A DNA stretch of 54,289 bases, taken from the NCBI GenBank assembly GCA_947628825.1, contig CANRBH010000005.1:1-54289 (forward strand). The letters run 5' to 3'. The DNA is from an uncultured Clostridia bacterium (lineage in GTDB: Bacteria > Bacillota > Clostridia > TANB77 > CAG-508). The position numbers were made by a program, and so were the translations under genes. The stretch's first letter is position 1. Each line of letters starts with the position of its first letter. Positions 21,701 to 32,303 of this stretch are shown piece after piece. A model generated the notes under the pieces. The model made no database searches, was not told where the DNA came from, and worked only from the letters and a program-made list of their open reading frames with translations.

Positions 21701-22333
21701 TAATCTTTTTATTAATTTTGCCTTCTTTTGTTCACTGGCTTTTTCTAGTTCTTTAGTTAGCTTATCAGCTAATTTTTCTACATCAATTTCTTCAAGAAGT
21801 TTTCTTAATGCTTCTGCTCCCATTTCTGCTTTAAAAGAACCATATCCATATTTTTCTTCTGCTTCATGATATTCTTTTTCATTTAATATCTGGCATTTTG
21901 AAAGTCCACTAGTACCTTTATCTGTAACGATGTATGATGCAAAATATACAACTTTTTCAACAGCTCTTGGAGAAATATCTAACATTAAAGCTATTCTGTT
22001 TGGTATTCCTTTAAAATACCAAATATGAGCTACTGGTGCTGCTAATTCAATATGTCCCATTCTTTCTCTTCTTACTTTTGATTTTGTAACTTCAACACCA
22101 CATCTATCACAAACAACGCCCTTGTATCTTATTCTCTTATATTTTCCACAATGGCATTCCCAGTCTTTTATTGGTCCAAATATTCTTTCACAAAATAGAC
22201 CATCTTTTTCTGGTTTTAAGGTTCTGTAATTGATAGTCTCAGGCTTTTTTACTTCACCTTTAGACCATTCTCTTATTCTTTCATCTGATGCTAATCCTAT
22301 TTGAATCTTACTTAAAAATTCTAATTCGTCCAC
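18737..22333 (-). CDS. rpoC: RNA polymerase beta' subunit
   Basis: NADFDGDQM, Zn-finger CHCGK..CDRC; start placed at GTG 22333 after AGGGGG SD. Confidence 0.98.
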   Translation of the reverse strand: MDELEFLSKIQIGLASDERIREWSKGEVKKPETINYRTLKPEKDGLFCERIFGPIKDWECHCGKYKRIRYKGVVCDRCGVEVTKSKVRRERMGHIELAAPVAHIWYFKGIPNRIALMLDISPRAVEKVVYFASYIVTDKGTSGLSKCQILNEKEYHEAEEKYGYGSFKAEMGAEALRKLLEEIDVEKLADKLTKELEKASEQKKAKLIKRLDTIEAFKTSGNKPEWMVMNVIPVIPPDLRPMVQLDGGRFATSDLNDLYRRVINRNNRLKRLLELGAPEIIVRNEKRMLQESVDALIDNGRRGRPVTGAGGRPLKSLSDMLKGKQGRFRQNLLGKRVDYSGRSVIVVGPELKIYQCGVPKEMAVELFKPFVMKELVSRNLAHNIKNAKRMVERLDPAVWEVLEDVIKDHPVMLNRAPTLHRLGIQAFEPVLVEGRAIKLHPLVCTAFNADFDGDQMAIHLPLSPEAQAEARYLMLSTNNLLKPTDGAPITEPSQDMILGAYYLTMDVEADPNDSEEEIDKKGTRGAGNYFSSTDEAEMAYANHDLGVHAKVHVRMAEYDEEGKEIAHGFVETTVGRIIYNKGIPQDLGFVDRSNKKNKFELEINFTVAKKQLKQIIDKCIYVHGLDRTAELLDYIKSTGYKYCTTAGMTVSIDDVKVPDAKKDLLLEGEKQVENVTKQYARGLITDSERYNNVIKIWEKTTDDVADAMQNNFDDLNPIFMMSKSGARGNISQLRQVAGMRGLMASTTGKTVEIPIKSSFREGLDSLEYFISAHGARKGLSDTALRTADSGYLTRRLVDVSQDIIVREDDCGTNEGLEVYAIKDGNQVIEKLQERLIGRYPLEDIVNPETGEVLCDKDTMISEPVANKIVDLGIEKVKVRSPLNCKTKHGVCAKCYGMSMATRERVNIGESIGTIAAQSIGEPGTQLTMRTIHSGGVAGVADITQGLPRVEELFEARKPKGLAIITEIAGKVKVSEEKKKKQVTVTSKDNSKTYSIPFGSKLCVSDGDEVEIGDPITEGSINPNEILTIKGPDGVHEYLVQEIQKVYRNQGVDINDKHIEVIARQMLKRVRIEDTGDSTLLPGSLVDMNELEEINNKLKEEGKRPAKGKRILLGITKASLATESFLSAASFQETTKVLTEAAIKGKVDNLIGLKENVIIGKLIPSGTGMQRYQNTHISTEDVEGEAEAPKTSETENAVM

Positions 22334-22442
22334 TCTTACAAGCCCCCTATTATAATATTTTGTGTTTCTATCTTTGATTGTTAGATTTTCTTTGCTGTAC
22401 AATTCTATGATGAATCTAACAATCTTTATAGAAACTATTTAA

Positions 22443-25400
22443 TTATTCTTCATAATCATCGAATGTATCTGCACCCGGATCATAATCATCAATTAGCTCA
22501 CTTTCGTCAGCAATTAACTCATCATCTGTTGTATCTGTTATATCTTCAAAAATTTCATCGCTTTCATCTTCTGATTCGCTGTTTTCATCTGTTTCTGTGT
22601 AACCATCATTTAATTCATCTTCAAGAACAACATTTTCTTCTTGAGGTTTTGTATCATTTATAGCATTAAAATCAACACCATCTTCGATATTTTCTTTTAA
22701 TTCTATTTCTGAGTCATTGTCTGTAAATAATCTTATGTCTAATCCTAAAGATTGTAATTCTTTTACAAGAACTTTAAATCCTTCTGGTACACCTGGTTTT
22801 GGAATGTTTTCACCTTTTACGATTGCTTCATATGTTTTAACACGTCCAACAATATCATCTGATTTTGTTGTTATCATTTCTTGAAGTGTATATGCTGCAC
22901 CATAAGCTTCTAGTGCCCAAACTTCCATTTCACCAAATCTTTGTCCACCAAATTGTGCTTTACCACCAAGAGGTTGTTGTGTAACTAATGAGTATGGTCC
23001 AGTTGAACGAGCATGTATTTTATCATCTACTAAGTGATGTAGTTTTAACATATACATAACACCTACTGTTACTGGATGTTCAAATGCATCTCCTGTTCTT
23101 CCATCATATATAGTTGTTTTTCCATCTTCTCTTAGTCCTGCTTGTTTTAATAATTCTTGAATTTCGTGGTCTTTAGCACCATCAAATACTGGTGTTTCAA
23201 CCTTCCATCCTAATGCTCTTGCGGCCATTCCTAAGTGAACTTCTAGAACTTGACCCAAATTCATACGAGAAGGTACACCCATTGGGTTAAGTACGATATC
23301 TACTGGTGTTCCGTCTGGTAAGAAAGGCATATCTTCTTCTGGAAGAATTCTTGATATAACACCTTTATTTCCGTGACGTCCCGACATTTTATCTCCAACT
23401 GATATCTTTCTCTTTGTTGCAATATAACATCTAATTACTTGATTTACTCCAGGGCCTAATTCGTCTGAATTTTCTCTAGTAAATACTTTTACATCAACTA
23501 CTGTTCCTGCTTCTCCATGTGGAACTTTTAAAGATGTATCTCTTACTTCTCTAGATTTTTCACCAAATATAGCTCTTAATAATCTTTCTTCAGCAGTAAG
23601 TTCAGTTTCTCCTTTTGGAGTAACTTTTCCTACTAGGATATCTCCTGATCTTACTTCTGCACCTATTCTTATAATACCGTCTTCATCTAGGTCTTTTAGA
23701 ACATCTTCTCCGACATTTGGTATATCACGAGTAATTTCTTCTGGTCCTAGCTTTGTATCACGGCATTCGCAATTATATTCTTCAATATGAATTGATGTAT
23801 AAACATCTTCTTTTACTAATCTTTCACTAAGCAAAATAGCATCCTCGAAGTTATAACCTTCCCAAGTTGAGAAAGCTATAAGGGCATTTCTTCCAAGTGC
23901 CATTTCTCCGCCATCTGTTGCAGGTCCATCAGCTATTGTCTGTCCTGCTTTAACCTTTTCTCCAAGTTCAACTATTGGTCTTTGATTTATACAAGTTCCA
24001 CCATTAGTTCTCTTGAATTTTAATAGTCTATATCTTGTTGTTTCGTTTTTCTTATTTCTGATAATAATTTCATCACCTGAAACTTTATCTACAATTCCAT
24101 CTTCTTTAGCAACTACTGTTATTCCTGAATCTTTAGCTGCTCTATATTCCATACCTGTTCCAACTATTGGAGCTTCTGGTTTTAGAAGTGGAACTGCTTG
24201 TCTTTGCATGTTTGATCCCATTAGAGAACGCTTAACATCATCGTGCTCTAAGAATGGTATCATTGCTGCAGCAACTGAAACAAGTTCTTTTGGTGATACT
24301 TCAATATAATCAACTTGGTCTGCTGGTACTTCTTTGAATTCAGTTACTTGTCTTACTTTAATCTTTTTATTTACAAATTTACCATTTTTGTCTATTGGCT
24401 CTGTTGCTTGACCAATTGTATATCTATCTTCTTTATCTGCTGATAAATAATCAACTTGGTCTGTTAGTTTTCCAGTTTTCTTATCAACTTTTCTATATGG
24501 AGTTTCAACAAATCCATATTCATTTATTCTAGCAAAAGAACATAGTGCTGATATAAGTCCAATGTTTGGTCCTTCTGGAGATTCGACTGGGCATAGTCTT
24601 CCATAGTGAGTATAGTGAATATCTCTAACTTCGAATCCAGCTCTTTCTCTTGTTAATCCTCCAGGTCCTAATGCTGAAATTCTTCTTTTATGTGTAAGCT
24701 CTGATAATGGGTTTGTTTGATCCATAAATTGTGATAATTGTGAGCTTCCAAAGAATTCTCTTATTGCTGATGAAATTGGTTTTGTGTTAATTAAAGCTTG
24801 TGGAGTTATTGAATCTAAGTCTTGAATTGTCATTCTCTCACGTACAACTCTTTCTAATCTTGCTAAACCAATTCTAAATTGGTTTTGTAATAACTCTCCA
24901 ACGCATCTAATACGTCTATTTCCTAAATGGTCTATATCATCTATTTTTCCTAATCCATGATATAAATTTAGTAAATAGCTTATTGAACCTATAATATCTT
25001 CGTTTGTGATATTTTTTGGTACTAATTCATCTTTTCTATTTTTTAATTCATCGTGTAATTTCTCTTTTGGAGTTTTATCTAGTATATCTTTTAGGGCTAA
25101 ATAATTTACTAGTTCTTTTATTTTTAAATCACTTATATCAATGTCAACAAATTTGCTTATATCAACTGTTCCATTTCCTATAACTGTGATTTTACTTTCT
25201 CCACATTTAATATACACACTGTTAATTCCAGAGTTTTGTATTTCCCATGCTTTATCTTCTGAAATTACTTCATCTTTTTCTACTAATATCTCCCCTGTCT
25301 CTGGGTTAGATATTGTGTCAGCTGCTGTTTGTCCTGTTATTCTATCTGCTAAGCAAAGCTTATTATTAAATTTGTGTCTTCCTACTTTTGCTAAATCATA

Positions 25401-26198
25401 TCTTTTGGGATCAAAGAATAATCTATCAAATAATGTTTTAGCTGCTTCTACAGTTGGTAATTCTCCAGGTCTTAACTTCTTATATATTTCTACTAAAGAG
25501 TCTTTTGTTGTTTTTATTGGATCTTTTTCTATTGTAGATTTTAGTAATTGTTCATCTCCAAATAGGGCTAATATTTGGTCATCACTTTCTAATCCAATAG
25601 TTCTTAATAATGTTGTTATTGGTATTTTTCTTGTTCTATCAACTCTTACATAGAATACATCATTATTATCTGTTTCATATTCAAGCCATGCTCCACGTAA
25701 TGGCATAACTGTTGATGTATAAAGTTTCTTTCCTGTTTTTGTGTCTAAGCTTTCTGCATAATAACAGCTTGGAGAACGAACTAATTGGCTAACTACAACT
25801 CTTTCTGCACCATTTATGATAAATGTTCCAGTATCAGTCATAATTGGAAAATCGCCAAGATAGATTTCTTGTTCTTTTATTTCTCCTGTCTCTTTGTTAA
25901 ATAATCTTACTTTTACATGTAATTTAGTTGAGTATGTAGCATCTCTTTCTTTTGCTTCTTCTACTGTGTATTTTGTCTTTTCGTCCATATGGTAGTCTAA
26001 AAATTCTAATACTAGATTTTCTGAATAATCTACTATTGGTGAAACTTCTCTTAGTACTTCACCTAGACCTTCTTCTATGAACCAGTTGTATGAATCTTTC
26101 TGTACCTTTATTAGGTTAGGCATTTCGATAAAGTCGCCTATTTTAGAGAAAGATTTACGGATTGTCTTGTCGTGCTTTACATCTTTTACTTCTACCAA
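22443..26198 (-). CDS. rpoB: RNA polymerase beta subunit
   Basis: [34 protein letters not shown]; TTG start after AGGAGG. Confidence 0.98.
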   Translation of the reverse strand: MVEVKDVKHDKTIRKSFSKIGDFIEMPNLIKVQKDSYNWFIEEGLGEVLREVSPIVDYSENLVLEFLDYHMDEKTKYTVEEAKERDATYSTKLHVKVRLFNKETGEIKEQEIYLGDFPIMTDTGTFIINGAERVVVSQLVRSPSCYYAESLDTKTGKKLYTSTVMPLRGAWLEYETDNNDVFYVRVDRTRKIPITTLLRTIGLESDDQILALFGDEQLLKSTIEKDPIKTTKDSLVEIYKKLRPGELPTVEAAKTLFDRLFFDPKRYDLAKVGRHKFNNKLCLADRITGQTAADTISNPETGEILVEKDEVISEDKAWEIQNSGINSVYIKCGESKITVIGNGTVDISKFVDIDISDLKIKELVNYLALKDILDKTPKEKLHDELKNRKDELVPKNITNEDIIGSISYLLNLYHGLGKIDDIDHLGNRRIRCVGELLQNQFRIGLARLERVVRERMTIQDLDSITPQALINTKPISSAIREFFGSSQLSQFMDQTNPLSELTHKRRISALGPGGLTRERAGFEVRDIHYTHYGRLCPVESPEGPNIGLISALCSFARINEYGFVETPYRKVDKKTGKLTDQVDYLSADKEDRYTIGQATEPIDKNGKFVNKKIKVRQVTEFKEVPADQVDYIEVSPKELVSVAAAMIPFLEHDDVKRSLMGSNMQRQAVPLLKPEAPIVGTGMEYRAAKDSGITVVAKEDGIVDKVSGDEIIIRNKKNETTRYRLLKFKRTNGGTCINQRPIVELGEKVKAGQTIADGPATDGGEMALGRNALIAFSTWEGYNFEDAILLSERLVKEDVYTSIHIEEYNCECRDTKLGPEEITRDIPNVGEDVLKDLDEDGIIRIGAEVRSGDILVGKVTPKGETELTAEERLLRAIFGEKSREVRDTSLKVPHGEAGTVVDVKVFTRENSDELGPGVNQVIRCYIATKRKISVGDKMSGRHGNKGVISRILPEEDMPFLPDGTPVDIVLNPMGVPSRMNLGQVLEVHLGMAARALGWKVETPVFDGAKDHEIQELLKQAGLREDGKTTIYDGRTGDAFEHPVTVGVMYMLKLHHLVDDKIHARSTGPYSLVTQQPLGGKAQFGGQRFGEMEVWALEAYGAAYTLQEMITTKSDDIVGRVKTYEAIVKGENIPKPGVPEGFKVLVKELQSLGLDIRLFTDNDSEIELKENIEDGVDFNAINDTKPQEENVVLEDELNDGYTETDENSESEDESDEIFEDITDTTDDELIADESELIDDYDPGADTFDDYEE

Positions 26199-26441
26199 AG
26201 TAATACCTCCTTATAAACTTACATTTAAGCAGATTTTAAGGTGTATATTATTTTTGTAAGAAGTCCTTCTTGACATATAGCTTTTTTTATAAAGACAAAG
26301 TTTGTCAGTTGGCAAAAAGTTTGTTTCCGCTCCAACTTTGCTTGCTATACAATCTAAATTACTGCTTTTAATTTAGACTTTATAAAATTGCTATAAGCAA
26401 TTCCTCTTCTTAAAAAATTTACATAAATAAAAATAGAAGGC

Positions 26442-26482
26442 AAAAAAAGGTAAACCGATTTAATAATCGATTTTACCTTTTT
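26442..26482 (-). terminator. terminator-like hairpin inside the rpoB leader
   Basis: minus strand AAAAGGTAAAATCGATT..AATCGGTTTACCTTTTTTT. Confidence 0.55.
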
Positions 26483-26567
26483 CATATTATTTAAATTATT
26501 TCACGTTTACCGAATTTAACATCTATTAGCCCTCTAGATTTTTATTCGTACAAAATATACTCATTTA

Positions 26568-26596
26568 ATTATACTAAAAAGGCTTGTGCTTGTCAA
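26568..26596 (-). promoter_or_regulatory. consensus sigma-A promoter ~370 nt upstream of rpoB
   Basis: TTGACA-17 bp-TATAAT on minus strand. Confidence 0.8.
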
Positions 26597-26660
26597 CAGT
26601 TTTTCGGAATTTTTTCCAACTTTTTAAGAATTTTTTTGTTCTTTTAGTAAATTTTATATT

Positions 26661-27020
26661 TTAGTTTTTTATATTGATATTTTTTATATGATTTATATAA
26701 AATTTATCTTTTACATATATTTCTATCACATCAAACCTCATATCTCTATTTTCCAATTTATTTATATAAATGTAGTATTTACTTGCATTTAAAATATGTT
26801 TTTGCTTTCTTTTATCTACGGCATCTATTGGATGCCCATAGTTTGCATTTTTCCTAGTCTTTACCTCAATAAAAACTATTTCATTTTTATCTAACGCAAT
26901 AATATCTATCTCACCTTGTCTACATCTAAAATTCTTTACTAATAATTTATATCCGTTTTTTATTAGATATTGTGTTGCAATTTCTTCTCCTGTTTTTCCT
27001 AATATATGTCTTTCATACAT
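26661..27020 (-). CDS. yraN: YraN family (UPF0102) putative nuclease
   Basis: G..GE..A..YL, GEIDII, FIEVKTR, RFDVI; comM-dprA-yraN context. Confidence 0.9.
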   Translation of the reverse strand: MYERHILGKTGEEIATQYLIKNGYKLLVKNFRCRQGEIDIIALDKNEIVFIEVKTRKNANYGHPIDAVDKRKQKHILNASKYYIYINKLENRDMRFDVIEIYVKDKFYINHIKNINIKN

Positions 27021-27880
27021 CTTATATATTTATCTCCTGGCAGGCTTTCTGCAAATCCATCAATTTCAAGCATAAACAATATTTCATTAACTTCGCTTAT
27101 ACTTTTATTTACTCTTTTTGAAATCTCATCTACTGTTTGTGGTATGGCACATAAATTATCATATACTTCTTTAAATTTTTCATCTACATTACGTTTTGCT
27201 TTTTCTTCATTTCCTAATAAATCAAGTACATCTTGAACAGACATTACTAGGTTAGCTCCTTCTTGTAATAATTTATTAGTTCCATAACTATTTTTCTGAG
27301 TAATATTTCCTGGAATACAAGCAACCTCCTTTTTCTGCTTTATTCCATACCTCGCAGTTATTGTACTTCCGCTTCTGTATTTTGCTTCTATAACTAATAT
27401 CAGATCAGCTAATCCACTAATTATTCTGTTCCTTCTAGGAAATCTACTCATGTCTATATCTTCATCTGGTTCCCACTCACTTAAAATTAGTCCACCATTT
27501 TGTATTATTTTCTCTGCTAATACTTTATTTTCTGGTGGATATATTTTATTCAGTCCAGATGCAATTACTGCTATGGTTTTACCATCTTCATACATAGAAC
27601 TGATGTGAGCTGATGTATCAATTCCCACTGCTAAACCACTTACAATACATATTCCCATTTTGGAGAGTTCTCTTGCAAATCTTTCTGTCTGGCTTTTTCC
27701 ATACTCTGTACATTGTCTTGAGCCAACAATTGCAACTGTTCTTTTATTTAATAACTCTATATTTCCTTCAGTATAAAGTGTTTTAGGATAATCTTTTATT
27801 TTTAATAATTTACTTGGATAGTTTTTATTTGTATACTTTATTGTTTTTATACTGATTATTTTAATCCAGCTTTTATACGT
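26999..27880 (-). CDS. dprA: DNA-processing protein DprA, probably with a non-canonical start
   Basis: frame open upstream of Met 27658 through YPSKLLKI..P..LY.EGN and VAIVGSR; VSGLAVGID, FPRRNRIISG; in-frame ACG 10 nt after AAAGGAGG. Confidence 0.88.
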   Translation of the reverse strand, partial: TYKSWIKIISIKTIKYTNKNYPSKLLKIKDYPKTLYTEGNIELLNKRTVAIVGSRQCTEYGKSQTERFARELSKMGICIVSGLAVGIDTSAHISSMYEDGKTIAVIASGLNKIYPPENKVLAEKIIQNGGLILSEWEPDEDIDMSRFPRRNRIISGLADLILVIEAKYRSGSTITARYGIKQKKEVACIPGNITQKNSYGTNKLLQEGANLVMSVQDVLDLLGNEEKAKRNVDEKFKEVYDNLCAIPQTVDEISKRVNKSISEVNEILFMLEIDGFAESLPGDKYIRCMKDIY

Positions 27881-27977
27881 GTTGGATTATCCTCCTTTCT
27901 TTTTTATTTATATTAAAAATTTTAATGCTCGCTTTATATTTTATAACAGAACTATTTGATACTAACTTTATTTTGTT

Positions 27978-29511
27978 TTAAAAGTTGTATTTCTTATCTA
28001 AGCTTCTATATTGTATAGCCTCTGCTATATGTCTTTTTTCAATATTGCTTGTACCTTCTAAATCTGCTATTGTTCTTGCTACTTTTAAAATTTTACTGTG
28101 TGCTCTAGCACTAAGTCCCAATTTTTCATAAGCTATCTTTAATAATTCTTTACTTTCATCATCTATTTTGCAATATTTTTCACATTGTCCTGAACTAAGT
28201 TGAGCATTTGAAAATATCTCCTCATTTTTATATCTATTTTCTTGAATTTTCCTTGCCTTACTTACTCTTTCTTTTATCTGACTTGATGTTTCTGGCACTA
28301 CCACACCTAATTTATCATAGCTTATTCTTTGAACTTCAATTTGAATATCAATTCTATCTAAAAGCGGTCCACTAAGTTTGTTTAAATATCTTTTAATATC
28401 ATTTGGAGTACAATTACAATGCTTATAACTTGATCCATAGTAGCCACAAGGACATGGATTCATTGATGCAACTAACATAAAATTGCAAGGATACGTAAGT
28501 GTCTGCCCTATTCTACTAATAGTAACTTGTCTATCTTCCAATGGTCCTCTTAGGACTTCTAAAGTGTTTTTATCAAATTCAGCAATTTCATCTAAGAATA
28601 ACACACCGTTATGTGCTAAACTTATTTCTCCGGGTTTTGGAATTTTTCCACCGCCAATTAAAGCAGATGGTGTTATTGTATGATGTGGACTTCTAAAAGG
28701 TCTTGATATAATAATATTTTCATTAACTTTTAATGTTCCAGCAATACTATGAATTTTAGTTGTTTCTAATGATTCTTCAAAGTTTAAGTCTGGAAGTATT
28801 GTATTTAATCTTTGTGCTAACATAGTTTTTCCGTGCTCCTGGACTGCCTATAAGTAAAATGTTGTGTCCTCCAGCAGCAGAAATTTCCAATGCTCTTTTT
28901 ACATTTTCTTGTCCCTTAACATCTGCAAAATCTATGTCATATTTATTTTGTTTTTTATTTACTTCTTCCCAAGTCATTTTCATTTGTTTCAAAGTAGCTT
29001 TATCTTCTAAATACTGAACAATTTGATTTAGACTTTCTGCTCCTAATATCTTTATTCCACTAATGAGTGCTACTTCTTGCAAATTTTCTCTAGGAATTAT
29101 TATTTCTTTTATTCCTAGCTTTTTTGCTTCAATACAAATTGGCAAAATTCCATTTATAGTATTTATCCTTCCATCTAAAGATAATTCTCCAACAAAAGCT
29201 ATGTTTTCAATTCTCTTATTAGGCCTAAGTTTACCCATCCCATAAAGCACTCCTATCGCTATTGGTAAGTCAAGATATGAGCCTTCTTTCCTTATGTCTG
29301 CCGGTGCAAGATTTACTAAAATTCGTTTGCTAAAAAGTTCATAACCAGAATTTTTAATTGCAGTCCTTACTCTTTCTTTTGATTCTCTTATACTCACATC
29401 TGGAAGTCCTACAATTTCCCATTCAGGCAGTCCGCTTGAAACATCTACTTGCACATCAATAACATATCCCTCTAATCCTTTAAGGGACATACTTTTTATT
29501 ATTGAAAGCAA
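27978..29511 (-). CDS. comM: ComM/YifB Mg-chelatase-like AAA+ ATPase, split by +1 frameshift at CGG-A (28831-28833)
   Basis: IVGLPD..ESKERV, NLAPAD, RPFRSPHH, PGEISLAHNGVLFLDE; Walker A GSPGAGKT restored by skipping one C. Confidence 0.9.
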
Positions 29512-29666
29512 TATTTCTCCTTTCTATTTAGTTTTATTAAATATTTTTTTGAAATTTGTAATTAGAAATAATTACTTAAGAACTAATTTTTTAATTCTTT
29601 ATTGATTTAATTTACTTTTTGTAAATTTAATAATCTTTTGATTTTGTAAAAATGAAACTCTCAATA

Positions 29667-29695
29667 ATTATACTTCCATAATTTGTTAATGTCAA
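29667..29695 (-). promoter_or_regulatory. consensus sigma-A promoter for comM-dprA-yraN
   Basis: TTGACA-17 bp-TATAAT on minus strand. Confidence 0.75.
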
Positions 29696-29756
29696 GAAAA
29701 ATCGTATTACATTTTTCGACATTTTTTTGCAAAGTTTGTTTGGTTAAGTGAAAATT

Positions 29757-29778
29757 GGCTGGTGCTCCTGCACCAGCC
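29757..29778. terminator. terminator hairpin after peptidoglycan peptidase gene
   Basis: GGCTGGTGC/GCACCAGCC perfect stem. Confidence 0.75.
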
Positions 29779-29786
29779 TTTATTTT

Positions 29787-30468
29787 TTAATCTATTGTTG
29801 TACTTGTTCTTCCTGTTCCTATTACATCTTCTTGAAGTGATCTCCATGTATTACATCCAATTATTCCATCAACTGCTAATCCTTCTCTTTGTTGATATCT
29901 TCTTACTGCATTTTGTGTTCTTGTTCCAAATACTCCGTCTAATCCTCCTGTTTCAAATCCTAGTGTATTTAAATCATCCTGTGCTATTAAAACATATGAG
30001 CCTCTTGAACCTAATGCTATTTGTGGATATCCACCTGTTGAACAAGCCGGATTTCCGCCTTCTTTTGTCAAAATGTACCCATGTAGGAGTTAATACTTTT
30101 GGTTCTACATATGACCATACTCCTGAGCTTCTTGCACTATTATATAGACTATTCCTTGTACTGTCATTAAGTGTTTGACCTGCATCAAAAGCAAGACCTG
30201 CATAATGTTGCGAAAAGGTTCCATGTCCTCCTTCCCAAGGTCTTTTAAATGCAAATCCAACTGGTATTGGCCCTCCAAAGATGTATCTTTGACTATTCCA
30301 TGATGTCATTGCTCTTTTTTCTGTCCATAGAGTTTGACTTTTGCTAGAACCTCTAAACTCTCTTACTGTTAAAGTTCTGTTAGTTACATAAGGCATTGCC
30401 TCTGCTTCTCCTCTATAGTATGTCTCCATACGATTTGTGTCATTATTATAAACTTTTATCTTTGCCAT
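29787..30468 (-). CDS. M15-like Zn peptidase + C-terminal peptidoglycan-binding domain, split by +1 frameshift at (AGG)CGG-A (30055-30057)
   Basis: SQHYAGLAFD..WVHFD in frame 1; LDGVFG..T..AV..YQ..GLAVDGIIG..TW in the +1 frame. Confidence 0.8.
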
Positions 30469-30578
30469 AAAACTTCCTCCATTATATTATAATTATGCGG
30501 TTTGTTTTCATTTTGTTATAAATTTGCAAAATTAGTTTTTATAAAATTTTATCTTAAATAATAATTGCAAATTTTATT

Positions 30579-30607
30579 GCATAAAATAATTTAATTTGAA
30601 AATACTA
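30579..30607 (+). promoter_or_regulatory. possible forespore sigma-G/F-type promoter
   Basis: GCATA-17 bp-AATACTA upstream of spore genes. Confidence 0.45.
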
Positions 30608-30638
30608 TTTATATATTGTTTTGAGAAAGGATTTTATT

Positions 30639-30827
30639 ATGGCAAAAATAACCGAAATTGAATTACAAAATTTAAGACATTTTATAATTGCAGCAAATAC
30701 TTGCAATAGCAAGCTTACTGCATACGCAAGTGCTGTTGTTGATCCACAAATAAAGCAATTGCTTACTAAAGCTGCTCAAGATAGTTTAAATGAGAAACAA
30801 ACCTTAATGACATTTTTTAATAGCTAA
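30639..30827 (+). CDS. small spore-associated protein
   Basis: SD GAAAGGA; ITEIELQNLRH..DPQIKQLL pattern typically paired with CotF-like genes. Confidence 0.7.
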   Translation: MAKITEIELQNLRHFIIAANTCNSKLTAYASAVVDPQIKQLLTKAAQDSLNEKQTLMTFFNS

Positions 30828-30849
30828 ATTAAAGAAAGGATATAATTTT

Positions 30850-31098
30850 ATGGATGAAAAAACGATGATAAATGATATTTTAGAAGAAACAAAATCTAAA
30901 CTTTGTAAATATCAGACTGCAATTTCTGAAACTGAAAATATAGAACTTAGGCAAACATTAAAGCAACTAAGAGATAATATTGAAAGCTTTCAATACGAAC
31001 TTTTCAAAGTTGCATGTTCTAAAGGATACTATACTCCTTCTGAAGTCGCTAATGCAAAGGAACTTCAAAAGGTAAAAAAAGAAGTTGAAAATCTATAG
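30850..31098 (+). CDS. spore coat protein (Coat F-like)
   Basis: Y..AISETEN.ELRQTL..QYELFKVA..KGYY. Confidence 0.8.
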   Translation: MDEKTMINDILEETKSKLCKYQTAISETENIELRQTLKQLRDNIESFQYELFKVACSKGYYTPSEVANAKELQKVKKEVENL

Positions 31099-31241
31099 TG
31101 ATATTTTTTTGTCGCAATTATAAAGATACACCTATGTCTAGAATAATCTTTATTTTGATTATCTAAACATTGGTGTATTTTGATTTTAATATTATATAAA
31201 TATTTATGTAATCTTTGACAATTTTTCAGTCTTTAAGCATT

Positions 31242-32253
31242 TTAGTTATATACATATCTTTGTGGATTTATTGCTACTCCATTATATCTCATTTCAAAAT
31301 GTAAGTGATTTCCTGATGATATACCAGTAGAACCAACTTTTGCAATAACTTGTCCTTGTGCTACTTGTTCCCCTGTTCTACAATTTACTTCACTACAGTG
31401 TCCATATAGTATAACTAGCGAAGATGTTGATTGTACAACAACAACGTTACCATATCCAGAATAACCGTGACCTGCACCATTACCTGAAAATATTACTGTT
31501 CCAGCTGCAGCAGCTTTTATAGCTGTACCTTTTGGAGCTGCTATATCTAATCCTTTATGATTATCTCTCCATCTTAAGCCATATCTAGATGTTATAGTTC
31601 CACTAATTGGTCTTATAAGTGTTACTCCTAAATCAGTAGGAACACTTGCTTCATTATATATTTGTGTACCTATATTTTTATAAACACTTGTATAAACTAT
31701 TTTCTTTTCATATAGTTCATTAACACAAGTATCTACTTCCTTAAAATCTGCTTTTGCTAGTTCATATTTTTCAACTATCCCTAAGTCTTTAGCATTCGCA
31801 CTATTTTTATTTTTTAATTGATTAACTACATCTTCCGCTTCTGCAAAAGATTTTAAATATACTTTTTCAGTATTTTCATCTGTTACAGCATAAAACTTAT
31901 AATATGGTGTTCCTGAAGATGTTACTTTTTCAAATATTTCATCATCATTTGTCTCAACATTTCTTTTTAGTAAACAAGCTGTATAAATAGGTAAATCTTT
32001 TACCTCAACAAAAGCGACGTCATCACCGTTCCCTGATGAAATATAGTTATTTATTCTCTTTTGTAGGTTTATTTTATCTCTGGTATATCCTATTATTTCA
32101 CCATTTAAGCTTACGCTATAAGTTTGTTTATATGTTAATTCTATAATTCCTACTATAATTAATGCGGCGATGGTTAGTATTACAAATAATTTTATTATTG
32201 TTCTTAGTCCTATTACTACTTTTTTTATTTTATTTATGATACCGTACCTCCAT
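31242..32253 (-). CDS. membrane-anchored M23 peptidase missing from the ORF track (start uncertain: ATG 32253 + CGG shift, or ATC/ATA 32240/32237)
   Basis: open frame 32243..31242 (~333 aa): N-terminal TM, ITSRYG.R, HKGLDIA, YGH, HLHFE; no in-frame ATG/GTG/TTG until the last ~15 codons. Confidence 0.85.
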
Positions 32254-32303
32254 TTCTTGCATATATTTATACCATAAAATAAATAACTTGTCCAGTCAAT
32301 ATT

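Noticed and set aside
22334-22402. N-terminal extension of rpoC in the ORF track
   Set aside because: SD and homology favour the GTG at 22333.
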